A DNA stretch of 63,794 nucleotides, counting the filler, from Choristocarpus tenellus KU-1152 (taxonomy: Eukaryota > Protista > Phaeophyceae), in the NCBI GenBank assembly GCA_964200185.2. It is 8 parts of 8 records of this genome, joined end to end, with 100 filler letters (N's around TTAATTAATTAA, not from the genome) between each part and the next. Parts side by side here need not be neighbours in the genome. Positions count along the whole stretch, not along the records: positions 22,838 to 43,632 come from CAXNAD020000376.1; 7 more parts are not named here. One strand, 5' to 3'. Shown here one piece after another: positions 24,221-37,768 of this stretch (position 1 is the stretch's first letter; every line of letters starts with the position of its first letter). The translations under genes were made by a program, and so were the position numbers. The notes under the pieces were generated by a model. The model did no database searches, was not told where the DNA came from, and saw only the letters and a program-made list of their open reading frames with translations.

Positions 24221-27200
24221 AGAGGAACACGATTGATTTCTGTAAAACGACAGAGCTCAACAAGAGCACTACAATAGTAGCAGTAACATGTATCCTCTGC
24301 AACATGTTACTAAATGGTAAATGTACTTTTTTTTTCACCAGTGCAATGAATGGTAGTGCTTTCCCCTTTCCATTGACCTTGCTCATTGATCGACTGGTTG
24401 AAGCAGATCATTACCATCTCAAATGATTTCCTCTGAACCAGCCTATTCTTCGTCAGAATCGACCTCAGGACCATCTAAGTATATGTCGATGGTATCAGAG
24501 GACTTGTAGGGACGTGCATTTCTCAAACAGACCAGAGGATTTTTGAACCGTTGAGCCTATCAGGCACTACCAGTTCGGTCTCCTCCCTTGAGAACTCTAA
24601 CACTTCTTTCGATATGGAATCATACAGCTCACTGCGACAATGGAACTCCTGGTTCCTGTTAGTATTATCTTCCATCACCAATCTATTGTTTGGTAAACAT
24701 TTTGACGAAATGCGCACAAACTCGTGTTTCCTTCTCATCTAAGGACATTTTCGGTCATAGATTATTTTATGTGCTATGTGTTTCCCCCTGAGATATTTTG
24801 TTTTGGGGGAGGCAATCTTTTTTTAATCTTTACCAAGGAGGTCTTGAATCCGCCATCCTAAGTGGTCAACATGGTCCTATTATTAGTGCTGCCATATTAG
24901 ATAACACGGCAACTCCATCATAATAATTACATTTAATTTCCCATGGATAGGTGCAACAGTTACCTCATAGTTATTGAGAAGTAGTACAGTATGCAGCGTC
25001 ACTGAATACAGGTTGGTAGTAGTTATAAGATAAAGTGGAAATAGAAATAGCGATGATGTACTATTTTACTCTACCAACCATTCTTATCTTGGGCGCGACA
25101 ACAAAATGTTTTGACTGCTATGATTGCCCATGTTACCGCATCAATATTTGTTGGTTCTACATTTTTTAAAGAGAGGTAATGTCATGTTCCGCCAATGATA
25201 AGCAAATCGAGACGAAAAATTTAGTGATGTGAATTGAAAGAGTATATGGGTACAAACCGAATTGGCTGAAAAGTAATCTGCGTACAAACAAAACGACTGT
25301 TACATACTACGAATATTTTGGAAGGCGTCACTTTCTTGTTTTCAATTACTCCTCCTACAGGTACTACTTCTGTTTGGTCTAAGGGGAAACCTTGATTAGT
25401 TGTAAAGAAAGCAGAACAGAGTCAGCTGTGTTCTCTGACTGCTAAGTTGCTTTTTGTCCTGCCCATGACAACATTCACAAAATGTCAGTGGGTATGAAAT
25501 AAATATAATGTATACAATTATCATGGGAACAAGCCCAAAGTGAGGACTGCTGAGATTCATTAAGCCCTACCGGGGGTAACGGCCCCGCCAAAGGCGATAC
25601 GTTTTCAGATACTCTTGTTTGTATCCTCTTTTCTCCTAACGCACACATTAGTTTCTACCTTGTTGTGATGTCTGAGAGGGACTCCTACACATATGGCAGT
25701 CCACCACAAAAAATCGGTAAGAGAAAGGTGACCCACTCTTTCTGGTGCCTGGGAGTTCAAAAAGGAGTTTATGTGTCACTAACTGCCTGATCCAGACTCA
25801 TCATCCTCATTCCCACTCTCCTCCAACTAACTCTTAAGAGGTTCCTCTGTGCCCTTGCCTGGAGTTCTGGAGGCGATTCTTTGGATTATTTGTTGACCTG
25901 AAGTACCCAATTTGATCTCAGAATAGGAAAGTTCTTTTCCCCTCAAAAACCAAGCATAGTAGAGCCAGATTGGGCATTCACCACGAATAAGGTACGCAAT
26001 CTTAAGAAAAGTCGGATGATTATCATCAACCCTCCAGGCTTCATTGTCACCCACTCCTAAACAAACTCCACTTTCTACTGCTCAGTTATCAGTCCAACAC
26101 TCCACTTTCTACTGGATCACGTCAGCTTCTTGGATGTTTTCATGCTACCCTACACCTTCCTTGGCATCATCCTCCGCATGTGGGAGGGCAAATCAAGCAT
26201 ACGGGTCAACATCATACTCATGATATATTATTCAAGGTATTCAACCCCATCCTCAGGGTACCCAAGAATTACTGCATCACACGTTCATGGGAGAGTTTAA
26301 GGAGGTTGTTTCCTGTATGATCCACACACTTAGAAGTACAAAAAATAGTAAATAACCAAACAATTTGACGTCCAGGATTAGGACCAATTTCGATTCAGTT
26401 GGTATGACTCACAACACGGAAAACATGCATACTATGGTTAGAGTAGATATAATAATATGGCAACACTCCGGTCCAACATATCTAGAATGTATGTTGTGTC
26501 TCATAACACATCTTCAGTCCAAACGTGCAACTTGTATTACGTCTTGAATCACACCATTCCGTATCGTGCATACTAAGTAACAGTTAGCGATATATATAAA
26601 TTAAACTAAGTGTTCTTAGCCCTATCTCCACGTGTGCAGAGCTGTCAATGCTTGTGGAGTTTCAAAATAATGGTCGTATGGGTTAACACAATCAGGTGGT
26701 ACGACAAACCACATGTGCATCTTGACCCTCTATTCATATGGCAGAGTTTCACATTCCATTTCATGCCCATGAACTTCTTCAATATTATGTCATGGGGGCG
26801 ACCAGAAGCAACTATAAAAACGATAGACAAGAACAGTAGGCTCCGTATCACATGCAATAGAAGGCCTTCCAATGCGTCAATGGTAGCTGTAGCATATTTG
26901 AATGCAAGAAACAAAATCTGTCAACGCTCATAATGTATACACCCCTGTAAATGCACTCTATAAAGAAAATACCACAAGTATTCAACAATAATGCATGACG
27001 CTGAAACTGATTCTACAGTGTAGAAATACATGCACACACTGTACTCACCCAAGTAGCGTTTATGAAGACAAGCTATGTATAAAAGCTGTCCAACATTTAC
27101 TCCACACTCATCATGTACTCTTCGCAAAGCTTCGGTGCTAAACAGTTGTCAGAGCTAAAAAGTACACACCACCACAGGTCCTGAGTTTTTGACCTTCAAA

Positions 27201-28641
27201 AAGTATATTCTTCACGAAGCGATAAAAAAATGTTGAGTACGTTCCTTACCCACTATATTCTGGTGTAAGGCTAACTGATGAAGACAATTGTACATTATGA
27301 AACACACCGCCCCCATGTAACTGCATAGGCCTCGTCCTTTTCCTCCTGTGCCATTGCAGTTGCTACAGGTTACACTTAGGGTCTCAGCAATAGAGCCAGA
27401 CAATACCACCCGACAGAGTGCTGAAAGGAAGAATACACTACACCTCTCTGCAAACATAATAGCCCCAAGCGGGCTCCAAGGTGAAGGCAATACATACAGG
27501 TTCTACTCCCCGGATACGGGTAGCAAGAAGGCCTTGATCTTCTCTCCATCAAGCAATGGTGGCCCATCAGACCCCACAAGGGTTGGCCACAAACAGAGGT
27601 CAAAGCCATCCAGACACTGCACCACTTTATCTGCCTCGTGGTCTTCCTGCATGAAGAGAAGAGCCATTGTCTATGTAGAATTCGTTTGTAGCAAAAAAAA
27701 CAAAATCAAGAAGGAAAATATATATTTTTTTCAGGGTGGAGGGGGAAAAGAGAGAAGCTGCGTCAGTTTGACTGAGAAAATGTTCTTAACAGGGTCACAG
27801 GCTACAAAGATAAGGGCAAGAAGGGAAGAGGTACAAGGAGAAGAGCTCACAATCCAGTATGATGGTGGCGGGTAGTCCACCAGGACACGGAGGTGTTATC
27901 TTTAAAACTGTATCTTTCACTTCAGTTAGATTAACCCAACAAATTTTAGGGATGCGGCAAGAGACAGAGTGAAATTACAGTTCTATTACAGTAGTAGTAG
28001 TAGAGGACATTTGACATCTGCTTGTCTGACTGCTGTCAGGGCACTCAACACACCTTTCCCACAGGCAATGTTTACAATATGATGCTGATGCCATTGGTCA
28101 ACTATTGCTGCGACCACAAATCCTGTCACCTTCTTCATTGCCCACATTCCGCAACAACCTTGTGTAAGGAGCTCAGGAGGGGATAGGAGGAGGGGATCAT
28201 CACTACAATTTCTGCATCCCATGCCAGGCTCCTTTCCCAAGCCTAGTACCACTATCTACTGCACTCCGTACCCTCATGCAGCAAGCACAGACTATTCAAT
28301 TCCTTTGCAAAGCGTTTCTCAACGCATGTCCCAATCTGTGTACAAGGTCTTCCTCACTGTCAAATGCACTAAAATATACCACTGTCAAAGATATCCCAAC
28401 AAGAAAACAACCCTGCAAAATGTTTTACTTCAACCTTAAAAAATCAAATCGTGGACACAACGGGTGAGGTGGGGGCAAGGGGGTGTGGTTGCATGGGTGA
28501 TCGTTAGCATACTCACATTGGACATAACACAGGTGACCACAGTTCCGCAGAGGCTCCCAATGGACTCTACTGCCTCCTTCCTGACACCCTGGAAGCCACG
28601 CAAAGTTTTGATAATGACTGGCCTCTTTAGCTGTGGCCTCA

Positions 28642-31600
28642 CCTTTTCACCTTGTGGACTTGAAGAGATATCCACTTCATTTCTTGGTCCTGCATGGTTA
28701 CTGCCACCCACGCCCCAGTTGCTGTCCCTGAAATCTCTACTCCTGTCAACACCACCATGATGTTGGAGAGATGTTCTGTCCTCAATCCCCACGCCGCTGT
28801 GATTGCTGCTGCTGCGGCTAGGTTTGTACCAATGGGCACCAACTTGATCATTCCTGCCTTTGCGGGTGTCAAAGCTTTCGTGACTTGCAGCACCCCTATC
28901 GCTCTCGCAGTCACTGATGATGTTGCTGTGACCCGGGTCTCTTTGGTCAACACTGTAGCATTCCTCGAACACCTTGGGACCATCACCACTACCTAAATAG
29001 TTACCACTGCCACCCTTGCTGGCACTACTGGAAATACTTCCACCAGAATAGTCATCAGGCCCACTGGCTATCAGTTCCCACCCTCTTTTTTTTTTTTTGT
29101 AATTGCGTTGGTTGTTGTACAGGTGCTTGTTCTGACTTCTTGAGTTTGTTGTGATGATAAAGGCACGCGCGTCCGAAGGCGCAACCCTGGGGTTCGCCAT
29201 GCATTTGGCATTGTTTTGCAGGGACCCACCCCTTGGACTTTTGAATCATCAAATCATCCATCTGTTTTCCGCGTGCTCTATTCTTTAATGCCACCTCCTT
29301 CAAAACGGGAGTCATCTTGGCTGTGTAGTCAGGGAAAGTAATATGCCTGGCTTTGATAATACATTCACCCTTTCTGGTCAATCTGGTACTGTGTTGTTTT
29401 CCACTAAACCACTTGCCCAGCTGTCCATGACCTCTGAGCACCATGGGGACAACGATACTGTCCAGAGATCTGACTGCGGATTTGAGCTCCACCAGTTTGG
29501 GCATTTCCACGAAAGCACTGCCCTGACATACCCGTAGAGTGGTGGGTTGCAAGGTATCATCCCAGTTTAAAAGACTGTGCACTACTGTGGTGGTGGGGAC
29601 TGGTTCTGGTTGTTGATGGTGGTCAAGTGTTCCATGGCTATGTCTAGCAGAAACCGCCCCCTACACTTCTATCCCTACTCTGCTGTCCCTAAATGACTAG
29701 TTGCTGCTGCAGATAGATGCCACCATGAGTACTATCTCATCACCTACAATAATCGACCGAGAGAATCAAAAAGTGGCAAATCATCTTCTCACACATGCAT
29801 TGCCACTCCTGAGCTGTACACAATACTGGCAGGGTATAGACAAGAACAACGGCGAAGGGCTTGGGAAAAAAAGGGAGACAAAAGAGGGCAGTCTTTAGGC
29901 CTCCCTGAGTCTAACCCTGCAAAACATGCATGTCATTTGAGAGTGTAGAATTTTACAGAGCTTGAGGATGACTATCAAAAACGCAAAAACAGGATCATCA
30001 CCCCCTCCTCTCTTACCACACACAAGCCCAAGTGTATGTAAGGGTATAACACAATATGGGACCTATGAAGCTCAGGGACTCAATTCGTAAGCGGTTCCTC
30101 ACACTCACATTTTGCCACTGTTCAATGATGCCCACCGTGCCATACTTCTCCATGAATCTGCGGAGCCTTGACTCCTGCAGGACGCTATGATAGCCGTGCA
30201 GAAGAAGTCGGTCATTTCGCTCCATTCTCAAGGCAATGTGCTCTCCCTCACTAGTACTGCATGTTTCTATTTTGAGGAGGTGACCACCTTTTGCAAGAAT
30301 GCACAGCTGCATTGTGTCGGAGATGATGGACATGGACAGGAGCGACGAGAAAACAGGGAGGGGGAGGGAGGGCGCGACTGACTATTTTAACTTCAGCAGC
30401 AGCTAAAAGAGGGAAGATGACTATCAACTCAAAGGTCGGAGGGTCAAGGTAGGAACTGAGGAAACAAACCAACTTAAATATTGAGGAAATGAATCGATGG
30501 AAGTCACACAGTATACGTAAGTCGGCAAATTTCGTAGGAGGACGTAAAGGAAGACACCATTTTACATCCCCCCAACCCCGTCTCTCCATCCTACAGCTTG
30601 ACTTACGTCTTGCTGATTGAACGGAGGGAAGGACTTATAGACCTGGCGGTACGTATCTATCACGGCACCAGCCGACATCATTTTCCTGGGATCGTCATTG
30701 AGGAGCGTGGATATCTTGTCTGCGAAGTCTGACAGTACTTTCTTGCCCTGAGAAGTGAACCCGCTGTGGATGAATTTGCCTGCTTCCTGGTCAGAAATGC
30801 CTGCTTCTTCCTTTGATCTCTTGACAACTGGAGATCCAGGTGGTGTACCCATCCCCTCCTTTCTTCTGTGCAGGAGGAAGGTCATGTATGACCTACTGCG
30901 GGACCGTTTGGTAGACTTTCCAGAATCCGGAGGCAAGGGATGCTTCAACCCTTGTGGCGCCGTCATCACCTGCGACACTACGTCTCCTTTGCGATCTTGG
31001 GAAGACTCAACATCTCTAGTGGTCATTGAAAGGACTGCACGGTGGCCTGATCGGAAGCAAGTGGGTTAGGTACGGCCAACACTAAGGTCGGGATTGGGTA
31101 CTGGATAATGGGGACAATGGTTTCAACTCCAGTTTGACGTGTGTGGCATTTGATGCAGGAATCTTCTCGCACTTGCCCCCTGCCAGCCTGCCACATCCAT
31201 AAGTTGACCCACCTTGAATGGTCTTGGGAATTTTGTCCAAAGAATGCATGGCACCGCGAAGTCCTGGTGTGTTAGCTCGACTGATCGACTTGTAGGGTGT
31301 AGATGGTTCATCACATGTACCAACCGAAGTTTCCGAGAACATCGCATGTGTTCGGGACATGTCTCCACATATTGAACCGATGGTAGACTGCCCAATAGGT
31401 AGTGAAACAGAAGGGGATGACAGACGCAGCTCTGGTGGTGACCTACTCCGCGTGCGTTCTTCACTTGAGATCGGAGAGGATGAAAAAGATGGTATGGGAG
31501 GGGGCTGAAGGAAGGCTGCAGCTGCGGTGAATCTGGCCTCCAGATTCTCAAAGAATTTTGGTCTCAACGACCTACCACGTCCAAGGGATGTTCCATCAAG

Positions 31601-31663
31601 AAAATCGAGTTCATCGCGGTCGAATTCATCGCCTTCCAAGTGACTCATTGCATTTGCGCTCAT
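28642..31663 (-). CDS. Putative RNA-binding protein (disordered N-terminus, LOTUS/OST-HTH-like segment, RRM, CCCH finger); exons 31663-31213, 31046-30607, 30306-30109, 29522-~29082; 3' end uncertain, possibly to ~27505
   Basis: Phase-compatible GT-AG introns. Splicing assembles an RRM (RLLLHGY...LRRFMEKYGTV...QN|GSAFVEM...AVRSL). CQMHGEPQGCAFGRACLYHH fits C-x8-C-x5-C-x3-H. Confidence 0.75.
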
Positions 31664-31952
31664 ACATGTAGTATAACACTCCAGGTGGGATGGCAAAGAT
31701 AAGGGTTTGAGGGTTGTCTTTCACTCTATTTCATAGTATAGGGTAGTAGTGTTGATGTAATATGTAGTTCACATTCAACATTATTGTAGCGATCAACTCG
31801 ATGTCTTTGTGGATGATAATATTACCTCTCTTCTTATTGTAGCCGTTGACCACGAATAAGCCGTTTCGTTCAAAAACCCTAACACTGGTCCAGAACAAGT
31901 TTGTGTGTCCTCTCACTTTCCCTTTCCATATCCTTGAAAGGTACCCGCAGTG

Positions 31953-34900
31953 ATGTCCGCGCTAGCTTCCACCTCTGATTCTTCTCCCATATCCTGTAAG
32001 GATGGTGGCAAGCGATGGTTTCCACTCGGTGAGCATTACTGCTCAATTAGTTGCGACGGTTAGCCTGGATGAAGTTGGAGGGGATTTCCAAATGTCTTTG
32101 GTCGAAGGGGCCGACCACTTCTGCACACAATTAGCACGAAGCAACTCATACAGTCATTCTATGAACCAAATTCTTCCATTGGCCATCCCAATCCACAGAG
32201 AGTAACCCTGGCGTCATGAACAAGTATGTGGAAAAGATGGGCTGGCCGACTGACAAGTTCAGGTGAATTGCTGGCCGTGTAAAGCAGGTTACGGTTATGC
32301 CGCAGAAAATCTTTGAAAGCAATCAAACTACGTTTTAGAATTTATACCATTGCAGTCCAACTAGTTGGTGGGAATGCAATGCCAAAATTCCAGATATTGT
32401 TGCACGCACTCTGGTCATCTAGCTGAGGTTAAGATCAGCCATGGATGGTGTTTGTTCTAGAGGTATGCTTTTGTAGGTTCAAGATGTAAAGAACGGTTCA
32501 AGGGCGACTTATAAAACGATGCTCTGTGGATACTTTATTCTGCAAGCACCCAAATACACCAGGAACCAGGAGACACAATCTAATGTCGCCAACAGACTGT
32601 AGACCTGGGGTGTATGGCTCAAATGAGCGGAAGGCCTATCCAAACATCTTGTCTTTCTTTCGTCTGACGCCTCCCTACACCTGCCTTAGCACTGCACACC
32701 TCCTGACAGAGCCCATGTAAGATAATTGTTCTCACCTCCCCCTTGTGGTTCTTGGATAGATTTGTGGATGTTTACAGCACTGAGGACTGGGCGTTAGGGA
32801 TGGTGCCGCAGCCAGTGCTTGGGGTCGTCATGCTCTTTCCCATCAAGGAAGCAACAGAGAAGCACCGCGAGGAGGAAGCAGCAGCCATCAAGGAGAGAGG
32901 GCAGACTGTCAGCGACAGGCTCTACTACATGTGAGACCAGAACCACAGGGGGAAGGTTTCAAGTGACAAGTGGATCCTAAGTGGACTGCTACTGACACGA
33001 TACCCTAAATGCTTCCACTCAAAATGATCTTCCAAGGATACCTGCTTACTGTTGCCAAGTACGAAGAGTGTTCTGATGCAAGGTGTGGGTAGATCATATT
33101 CTATAAAAGCAGGTATTTCATATCTATCGAGTGTTTACTGTTCATGCGTCCCCACACTACAAATTTATCCTCCCTGTTGACTCATATCTGCAGTGCTGTA
33201 GCTAGTACATGTGGTGTGGCACTGCCTACAGTTGTCTAGAACCTTCCTCTTGTGACTTTGCCTGCAACTTGGTCTGCAATTTTTGCAGTCATGTTCCATT
33301 TGATCATTTTCATCCTCTGGCCTCATTGTTCCCTATCTTTTATGCGTTCCCCTGCCCCCAATCCCCACTGCCCCACACCTCTGACCTATGTTCAAACTTG
33401 GTGTCTGCTGGAAACTCAGGAAGCAGACTGTGGGGAATGCCTGTGGCACTGTTGGCCTACTCCACTGCACCCTCAATGCATCCATCTCACGGGGGATTGA
33501 ACTGAGTAAGTAATCTGAGTAAGTATCCACCAGGCAACCTCTCCTTACATATTCTCATGTGATGTGCTGGGCAGTACTGCAACACCGTATCACTTGCACT
33601 TGACTATCAGTAATCCCTTCTCATGGTGTTGTAAGGTAGTCCAGTCTACTACTTTGGTTTTGTCATTCTGTCCCAGCATTCTTCAGAGGTAAACAATGAA
33701 ACCCACTCACACCTCCTTCACGAGAAACAACTTGGATGGATCGGGAGTTCAATCTCAAAATTTCTTTCATCATACAGTAGATTAGTGTGACGGAAGCGCA
33801 CTCTCTGATCAACAGAAGAATTTTTCATACAGCGACTGCAGAGGATGCTGTCAATCTGAGATTTGTGTATTTCATCTGCAGCTAAAATACTAGTATGCAT
33901 CAGTATGACAGCCTCCAGATCACCAGAGTTCGCTCTTCGAGGGGCTGCGTACTTTGATTGAGTCAATGGAAGTGATCTTGGACATACCTAGAGGCAGAGC
34001 ACCTGTTCCTACGTTAAGCATTACCCATCACCCTCCAAACGCACGTGGTCCCCAAAACCGTTTTGATGAGCTGATCTCCAAAATTCTCCACAGACTCCAT
34101 GACACAAGTGTATCCTCTGCATCTTATTGTCTCCCTTACCAGCCCCATTGCTAGAGAGTCAAATCTCTACTATTTTGTCGTTCTGGACGAAACTTGAATA
34201 CTGAATACTGTGGGTGTGTGGGCATGTATGTAGATCTAGGTTGATGGAAACAGTAGAAAATTGTGCTTGTTACATTACCTCACAGAGCCTCGCACAACCT
34301 TGCAGTGTAATGATCATACCCTTGGTGGTGGTATATGAACTGTTTCATTTGCGAATTGAGGACCATTCGTGGATGTCGGTAAGTAATTGATCTCAACGCA
34401 TGAGGTGTCCACATCTTAAGCCTCCTGTGTCACCTCCTCCATCTCAGTTCCGTTGCCCTCTTCCACCCATGTTCTTTGTGTAATTCTCTGCATGGGTGAT
34501 GGCCAATGCATCTCATTGGCCTGCAGGCGAGGACTCCTTTCTTCAGCGTTTCCTGAGCAAGACCAACAAAATGACACCTGATGAGATGGCACAGGCCCTT
34601 CATGATGTGAGTGATGCGAGAAACGACCAGAGGGTCACACATCTTTCTTGACATTTCTTGACACACATCTTTCTATGAACAGAAGATATTTCTTGACATT
34701 TCTTGACACTGCAATTTTTTACGTCGGAATGTTTTTGAAATGTGCTCGCACTTCTGCGTCTTGACGTATAGACAGACAAGACTAAAAGTAAAGATACAGA
34801 TGTGATGTCCTCTGAATCAGTGTAGGGCCATGCAAGTACTGCAGTGGGTTGTACTCTGCTGAAAAACTCAGAAAAGTATTTTCAGTCATCTTGCAATGAC

Positions 34901-37768
34901 GTTGTGGTTTCTTGATAACTATTTTTTTTTGTGAGTTGATGCCCGATGTGGATTCCCCTTCCCTCCTGTTTTTTTTTCCCCCTTTTTTATATTCTGTACG
35001 GTCTTGCTAGATTTTTTTTTTTGTGGATCAATGGTTCTCCCTTTGTTGTGGATGGTCTAGGTCAAAGTAGTCCAGACCAGTGGTCAGAGGTAAAAAAGGG
35101 TCAACATAACATAAACATAATGTGAACAAGCGGGAAGAAATGGAAAACCAACAAGTGTTAAGAAAGGGGGCTTGATTGCAATGCTAGGTTGCCAGTTGTG
35201 TTGTTCTGTCCATCTCAGTACAATGCCATTGTGCAAAACACTACTTGCACAAGAAAAAAAATCAATCTTCCTACCATGGCAAGTGTGTCATCACTATGGC
35301 GGAGTGACTGTGTTGCATGAAGTGTAGATGATACATGCTTACAACAGGGGGTAATCAGAGGATTGAAGGCATGATTGTCATGTGGCAGAGAGTGTGGGAA
35401 CCCTTCATTACTCTCTGTTGATGCTAATTTTGAGGTTAGGGAGTAGGTCAACTGCGCTTTCCTTGACAACGAAGTAATGTGTACAAATAATTTGAACGAA
35501 ACTGTGTACAAGGGAGTGCCCACCTCAGGATGATGATGGACCACATTCTCATCCTTTCATGTATGTTAGCCATGTGTAGCACTCCTGCACCGCCAGCCAA
35601 GGTGTACAGTACGATATAGTTTCATAGATTGCTTGGTGAGGTGTCCCTCAATGCTCCCCACACTTCCATGTATATCTTGACTACCCCTTTCACATACCAT
35701 TTCCAACCACCCGCCCTCTGTCCATTCCTGTACTGCCTTGGGCTTTTGGCTTGTGCATGGTCTGTGTTTTGGTCGACTGTGAAAGGAGGAGGAACTGGAG
35801 GTGGTGCATGACGAGGCGGCACAGGAGGGGCAGAGTGACCAGATAAACAGAGACGAAAGAGTCAACACGCACTTTGTTTGCCTCACGTGAGGAGAACGAC
35901 CGTTACTTGTCTGTTTTTGTTGCATTTAAGAAAAAATTCATTTGTCGCATTTATTGGTTGCATTTTGACTACCTGTAGAACTGATTTTGCTCAATTTTGG
36001 CTGCTCGGATGGGGTGGTGTTGAGGGGGTAGGCTTGGGAGCACCTCCCATCTACATGAAGGTCTACTTTAGAGTCCCCTGCCAGAGTGTGTCATATGTGC
36101 GCTCATGTTTTTTAAGGGTGTGTTGTGTTTACTTGCATGTACAGCCCATGTGCCTGGTTTGATTGACTGCAGTCCTCCCTTCTGCTTTCCTTGGCGTGGT
36201 GTGTGTGTGGCCTGTTCCCGGCCGTTGTGTTGATGTTGATCTGGAGCACGAGGGTACTTCTTGTGGAGTGTCTTGGAGTTTGTATCTGAAGCAATCCAAT
36301 GAAAATTGGACCGTTTCAGGGAGCAGACCACCCGTTAGATCTCTTTTCGTATTCCCTTCCATGTCCAGGACAAGGAAAGGTTGGTCTTTCATGTCTACCT
36401 TGTTTCAAGTTGGTAATTAGTGTGTCTTCATGTTGTATGAGATTTCAGCAACTTAAAAATCCACGTAGATATGAGAGCCTCAGTCTAACCCACACGTACT
36501 GCATTGCGTATGTTACAGTGCACTGCTGTCCTTCACCCTACAACTGTGGCCTATACCCTCATCTCCTGCGTCCATTATCCTGGACCTTAGCCCCCTTGAC
36601 CCTCTTAAACATATTGTTGGTATCGCAATAGGGAAATGGACGGGGTCTTGTATGAGCTTGATGGCAGGAAGGAAGGTCCCATTGCTCATGGCCCTACCTC
36701 TCCAGCAACACTGTTAGAAGACTCATGCCTGGTAATTAGACAATTCATGGACAGAGACCCGGGAGAGCTGAGGTAAGTGGATGTTTTATGTTTTATGTAC
36801 AACTTCACTATAATAGTGTTGCATGCATTTGAACGCAGATCACTCGTGTTAAGCCTTGTCTGGGTTTTGTTGGAAGGACCTGTGTAACTGTAAGAGAAAC
36901 TACAGGGACTGTGTAATCGGATTTGGTTGTACTGCCGATATATTCCTCCTGCCATGCGAAGTTTTTTTTCCCCCCATGGTGATGGTTTCTGATACTCTCT
37001 AGTTTCCAGCATTTGGTTGCAAGAATTTTTTCTGCAACATGTGCATGTGTGGAATGAATAGCCTTGATGTGAAACTTTATCTTCCATTGTCACCTCAATT
37101 GTCCCTACAGCAGTGCCAACAAAGTCCTCCCTCAAATCCGCCTTTTGATTGTCCTCGATTGCCACTCTCCTTGTACGGCACTCCCCTTGATATTTATGAG
37201 CACTGAGTCTAAAATTTATTACTCAAGTCCAGGTAATCACTGCCCAGCAGAAACACTGCATGGTGCAACACAGCAGTTAAGAAACATATTGCTTCTTATC
37301 CTCTTGGTTGCCCTTCATTAGTAGAATGCCAATGATTGAAGTATGTCCACTCTCCCAAGGCCCTATCCGTGCTTGAGAGTCCTCAACACAAGGCTAGTGT
37401 CCACTTCATGGGTGAAGAAATTGCAAGGGGAGTACCAGGAGTTGTAAGTAGTTTATTTTTTTTTTTCCTGTTTGTTTCCACTGTTGCTGTTCCTTCTATA
37501 GACCTTAGGTATGGGGTATGAAACTTCAAAAAAACTTGCCAGTACCTAGTTGTGTGTACCATCTTTTTTGTTTCTGCGTGGGGATTGAATTCCTGTGCAT
37601 AAGTAAGGTTACTCTGTAAACCTTTGAACTGCCTTTTTCTTTTAAGACACTCTCTGGAGCATGCAATATATATTTTACCTCTCCTAACATGGTTCTGTTG
37701 TGTTTCTGTTGATCATGAACAGGTTCACCATTGTGGCCCTTTGTTCTCCCAGTGATGATGACAAATAA
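31953..37768 (+). CDS. UCHL3: Ubiquitin C-terminal hydrolase, peptidase C12 (UCH-L3/L1-like), complete; exons 31953-32028, 32199-32262, 32760-32930, 33420-33505, 34527-34606, 35786-35886, 36632-36772, 37723-37768
   Basis: [25 protein letters not shown] (catalytic Cys), VNTHFVC (His), LYELDGRK (Asp), RFTIVAL; all introns GT-AG and in phase. Confidence 0.95.

Noticed and set aside
27990-28180. Methyltransferase motif I (IVNIACGKG)
   Set aside because: Single short resemblance with unresolved exon phase.
27370-29600. DIRS/Ngaro retroelement (CCCH gag with overlapping ORFs)
   Set aside because: The CCCH ORF splices in phase to upstream exons and completes an RRM; no RT or recombinase motif.
7570-37768. 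A deubiquitinase gene cluster (USP5-like + UCH-L3-like)
   Set aside because: The genes are on different contigs separated by two linkers; physical linkage is not shown.
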